Shown: one piece after another, positions 59,275-64,000 of the stretch
How positions within the stretch are numbered: position 1 is the first letter of the stretch
How the letters are laid out: every line of letters starts with the position of its first letter
Source: Truepera sp.
Lineage (GTDB): Bacteria; Deinococcota; Deinococci; Deinococcales; Trueperaceae
Direction: 5' to 3'
Assembly: GCA_965218435.1 (NCBI GenBank)
Contig: CBDCKW010000009.1
Span: 1,984,001 to 2,048,000, forward strand
Length of the DNA stretch: 64,000 bases
Notes under the pieces: model-generated
Seen by the model: the letters and a program-made list of their open reading frames with translations, nothing else
What the model was told of the DNA's origin: nothing
Databases searched by the model: none
Made by a program: the position numbers and the translations under genes

Positions 59275-59849
59275 TCATTTAATCTGCGCCTGAAAACAGA
59301 CGTCGCCTGCGCCACCCGCCGGAACTGCGCCGACCCTGAGCGTCAATACTGCGTCCAGCTCACCTTCGTCATCATTTGGTGCTGCGGTAAGGTTCTTGCG
59401 GCTGGCGTCGGCAAGGTAATCTGCCAGCGAATTGCCCGCTTGCTGTAGTCGCTGACTGAAGTGAGCGGCGTGGTGGTCAGCGGGATGGTGCCGCTCACAA
59501 CCGTACTCGTCACGGGGCTCTGACCGGAGTTCGTGTAGGTGACGCAGCACTCGGGCACATCCTCCGGTTCTCCACTTCCGGCACTGCTCAACGCTGAGCT
59601 TTTCGTAACGTTACGGACACGCTTAACGAGCGTGAGGTTGCCCGCGTCTACTGTCGGGGTCGGGTCAGTTGACGTGTTGTTAGCCGTGGTACCGCCCACC
59701 GCACCCGTTTGGGTCTGACCGGCTCCGGTGCCGTTACCTGTAACATAAGCTGTACCGTCAGGCATAATCGCAAAGCGGTAGAGTCGGCAACACTGGCGTC
59801 GTTGCCATGTTAGCAACAGCTGCAGGACGGGTCGGATTAGAACCGTCAA
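59275..59849 (-). pseudogene. degraded DUF11-type surface protein fragment
   Basis: LTLVKRVRNVT...EPEDVPECCVTYTNSG, continued after a frameshift by LTLRVGAVPAGGAGDVCFQAQIK; no proper N-terminus. Confidence 0.55.
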
Positions 59850-60305
59850 ATACTTAACCTGCTGCGTTCGTGCAGGTCACGGTCGCCTTGGTCATCTCTA
59901 CGCCCGGACGCGCCGTGCTGTGCTCGTTAGACAAGCTCTCACCATGATGCAAATAACGTCCTTTCCCTGGCCGCTGGTGCCCTTAAGCCGTTACGCAACC
60001 CGGCCATAGTTCAAACATACGGGCGCTTTTATCATGACAATAGGGAGGCCCGTTTACCCGTGAATTCTGCTACGCGTGAACGCAACACAATTTTTAACAG
60101 CAATTGCTGAAACTGCGTCTATCACATCGCAGACGGCATTTGTCGTTTTCTAAACCAGGATAGATGAACTGCTTAAGTGAGATTTTTGACGTTGCTCAGC
60201 AGGCGGGGAAGGCTCGAGGCTTCGCCGAAAAAGCAGCAGGATTTTGCCACGCAGCACACAGCCTAAAGTACGGTCTGACACGCGGCTACCGCGTAAACTT
60301 ATATG

Positions 60306-60797
60306 ATGAAACGCGAATCTGTCAGTAAAGCGAAGGGCGAAGAATCGGTGTGGGATTACCCGCGCCCACCGAAAGTTGAACCAAGTCCTAAACACATAGA
60401 GATTTATTTTGCCGGTGAACGGGTGGCGGACTCGAGCCGCGCCGTACGCGTCTTAGAAACGTCGCACCCGCCGGTTTTTTATATTCCGCAGGAAGACATC
60501 CGAATGGAATCAGTAACGCAGACGCAGCACCGGAGCTTTTGCGAGTTTAAGGGCGGCGCAGTGTACTGGACACTCAAACTAAACGGCCAAGAGGCGCAAG
60601 TTGCCTGGAGCTACCCCAACCCAACTAGAGGGTTTGAAGAAATTAGAGACCACCTGGCCTTTTATCCGAGCCGGGTCGAGGCGTGTTTTGTAGACGGTGA
60701 ACGCGTGGAGGCCCAAGCCGGGGACTTTTACGGCGGCTGGATTACCGCAGAGATTAAAGGGCCGTTTAAGGGTGGAGCCGGAACGTGGGGGTGGTAG
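60306..60797 (+). CDS. DUF427 family protein
   Basis: ESVWDYPRPP, VLETSHPP, CEFKG and FYGGWIT. Confidence 0.9.
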   Translation: MKRESVSKAKGEESVWDYPRPPKVEPSPKHIEIYFAGERVADSSRAVRVLETSHPPVFYIPQEDIRMESVTQTQHRSFCEFKGGAVYWTLKLNGQEAQVAWSYPNPTRGFEEIRDHLAFYPSRVEACFVDGERVEAQAGDFYGGWITAEIKGPFKGGAGTWGW

Positions 60798-60946
60798 AGG
60801 TAGGAGGTAGAGAGGTTCTGTTTATTTGCCGGAGACAGTTAGGGGTAGTTGCAGCGTGCTACGGAAAAGTAGTCAGAATCCCGTAGTCAGTAGTCAGAAC
60901 TTGCTGGCTGGAGCATAACGTTTTCACATAAATATGACGACACAAA

Positions 60947-63268
<2,322 letters not shown>

Positions 63269-63336
63269 GCCAATCGGACCTATATTGACTGCCAATTAAC
63301 CTAAGTCAACGCCAGGCCCGGCGGTACACTCAGCTT

Positions 63337-64000
63337 ATGCGCCGTACTGTGCCGTGGTTCTTGTTCTGCGTTCTCTTAATCTCTTGGTGGATTTTTTTGC
63401 CCCCACCGGCAGCGTGGCTCGACCGCGTGTACGGTAACGGCGTCTATCCCATTATCGCCAGGGTGCTCGTTCCGCTGACCGGCAGTATCCCGCTTCCAGT
63501 AACCCCGATGTTGCTCGCCGTACTCCTGGTGTGGCTCGCGCTCAGCGTCGCGCTAAATAAAAACCGTCGGCGCGGAGCCTCGGCCGTTTGGCGTTGGCTC
63601 TGGCGCGGCGTCGTCACTGCCGCGACGCTCTACGCACTTTTTATCGTGCTCTGGGGGGCCAATTACGGTAAAACGCCGATTGAAACGCGCTTGGGACTCT
63701 CAGTAACGCCGCCGACTCCGGCAGAAGCGTTGGCGCTCGCCAACAACTTGAGCATCTTGCTCCGTCAGGACGCTAACGCCCCGGAGGTTTGGACGACTGA
63801 CCTGAGCGCCGGTTTACAGTCTTTGCGAAAACTGGTCGAGGGGACGGAACACCACCCCGTCACGTTGCCGCGCTATGTCAAACACGCGCCGCCGGGATTT
63901 CTCATCACCACCGGTCGGGCCACCGGGATCACGGTTCCGTGGACGCTCGAGGCGTACATTGACCGCGCCCTCCCCTATCCGGTCGCCTTGGGGACGGCGC
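63337..64000 (+). CDS. DUF3810-like membrane protein (partial)
   Basis: Manual translation: DRVYGNGVYP...FIVLWGANY...GITVPWTLEA; TACACT 6 nt before the ATG; runs off the window. Confidence 0.7.
   Translation, partial: MRRTVPWFLFCVLLISWWIFLPPPAAWLDRVYGNGVYPIIARVLVPLTGSIPLPVTPMLLAVLLVWLALSVALNKNRRRGASAVWRWLWRGVVTAATLYALFIVLWGANYGKTPIETRLGLSVTPPTPAEALALANNLSILLRQDANAPEVWTTDLSAGLQSLRKLVEGTEHHPVTLPRYVKHAPPGFLITTGRATGITVPWTLEAYIDRALPYPVALGTA

Overview
Ordinary-to-accessory chromosomal segment (~58% GC by eye) of a bacterium that looks like Deinococcota (Truepera/Deinococcus-like). This assignment is inferred from MglA, a Ferritin_2 desiccation protein, a DUF11 remnant and many leaderless -10-to-start arrangements. 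Housekeeping genes (preT-like, gcvT, mglA, rbsK, leuS, maf, UbiD-family menaquinone decarboxylase, class II photolyase) are interleaved with transporters, small regulator/effector pairs, a HEPN-MNT module and several pseudogenes. No rRNA, tRNA, CRISPR array, prophage or intact IS was seen. Best leads: (1) a leaderless Leu-rich leader peptide plus terminator before leuS; (2) window-wide ~6-fold enrichment of CTCGAG (HIP-like); (3) a GT2 / uncharacterised toroid enzyme / flippase / 2x GT-C glycosylation locus; (4) a low-GC lipoprotein pair resembling a papain-like Cys protease and partner; (5) an ABC-F ATPase with a GNAT-like C-terminal extension; (6) an orphan Sak4-like AAA_24 ATPase; (7) several tiny ORFs translationally coupled to downstream genes. 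Family assignments come from motif recognition by eye, not database searches.
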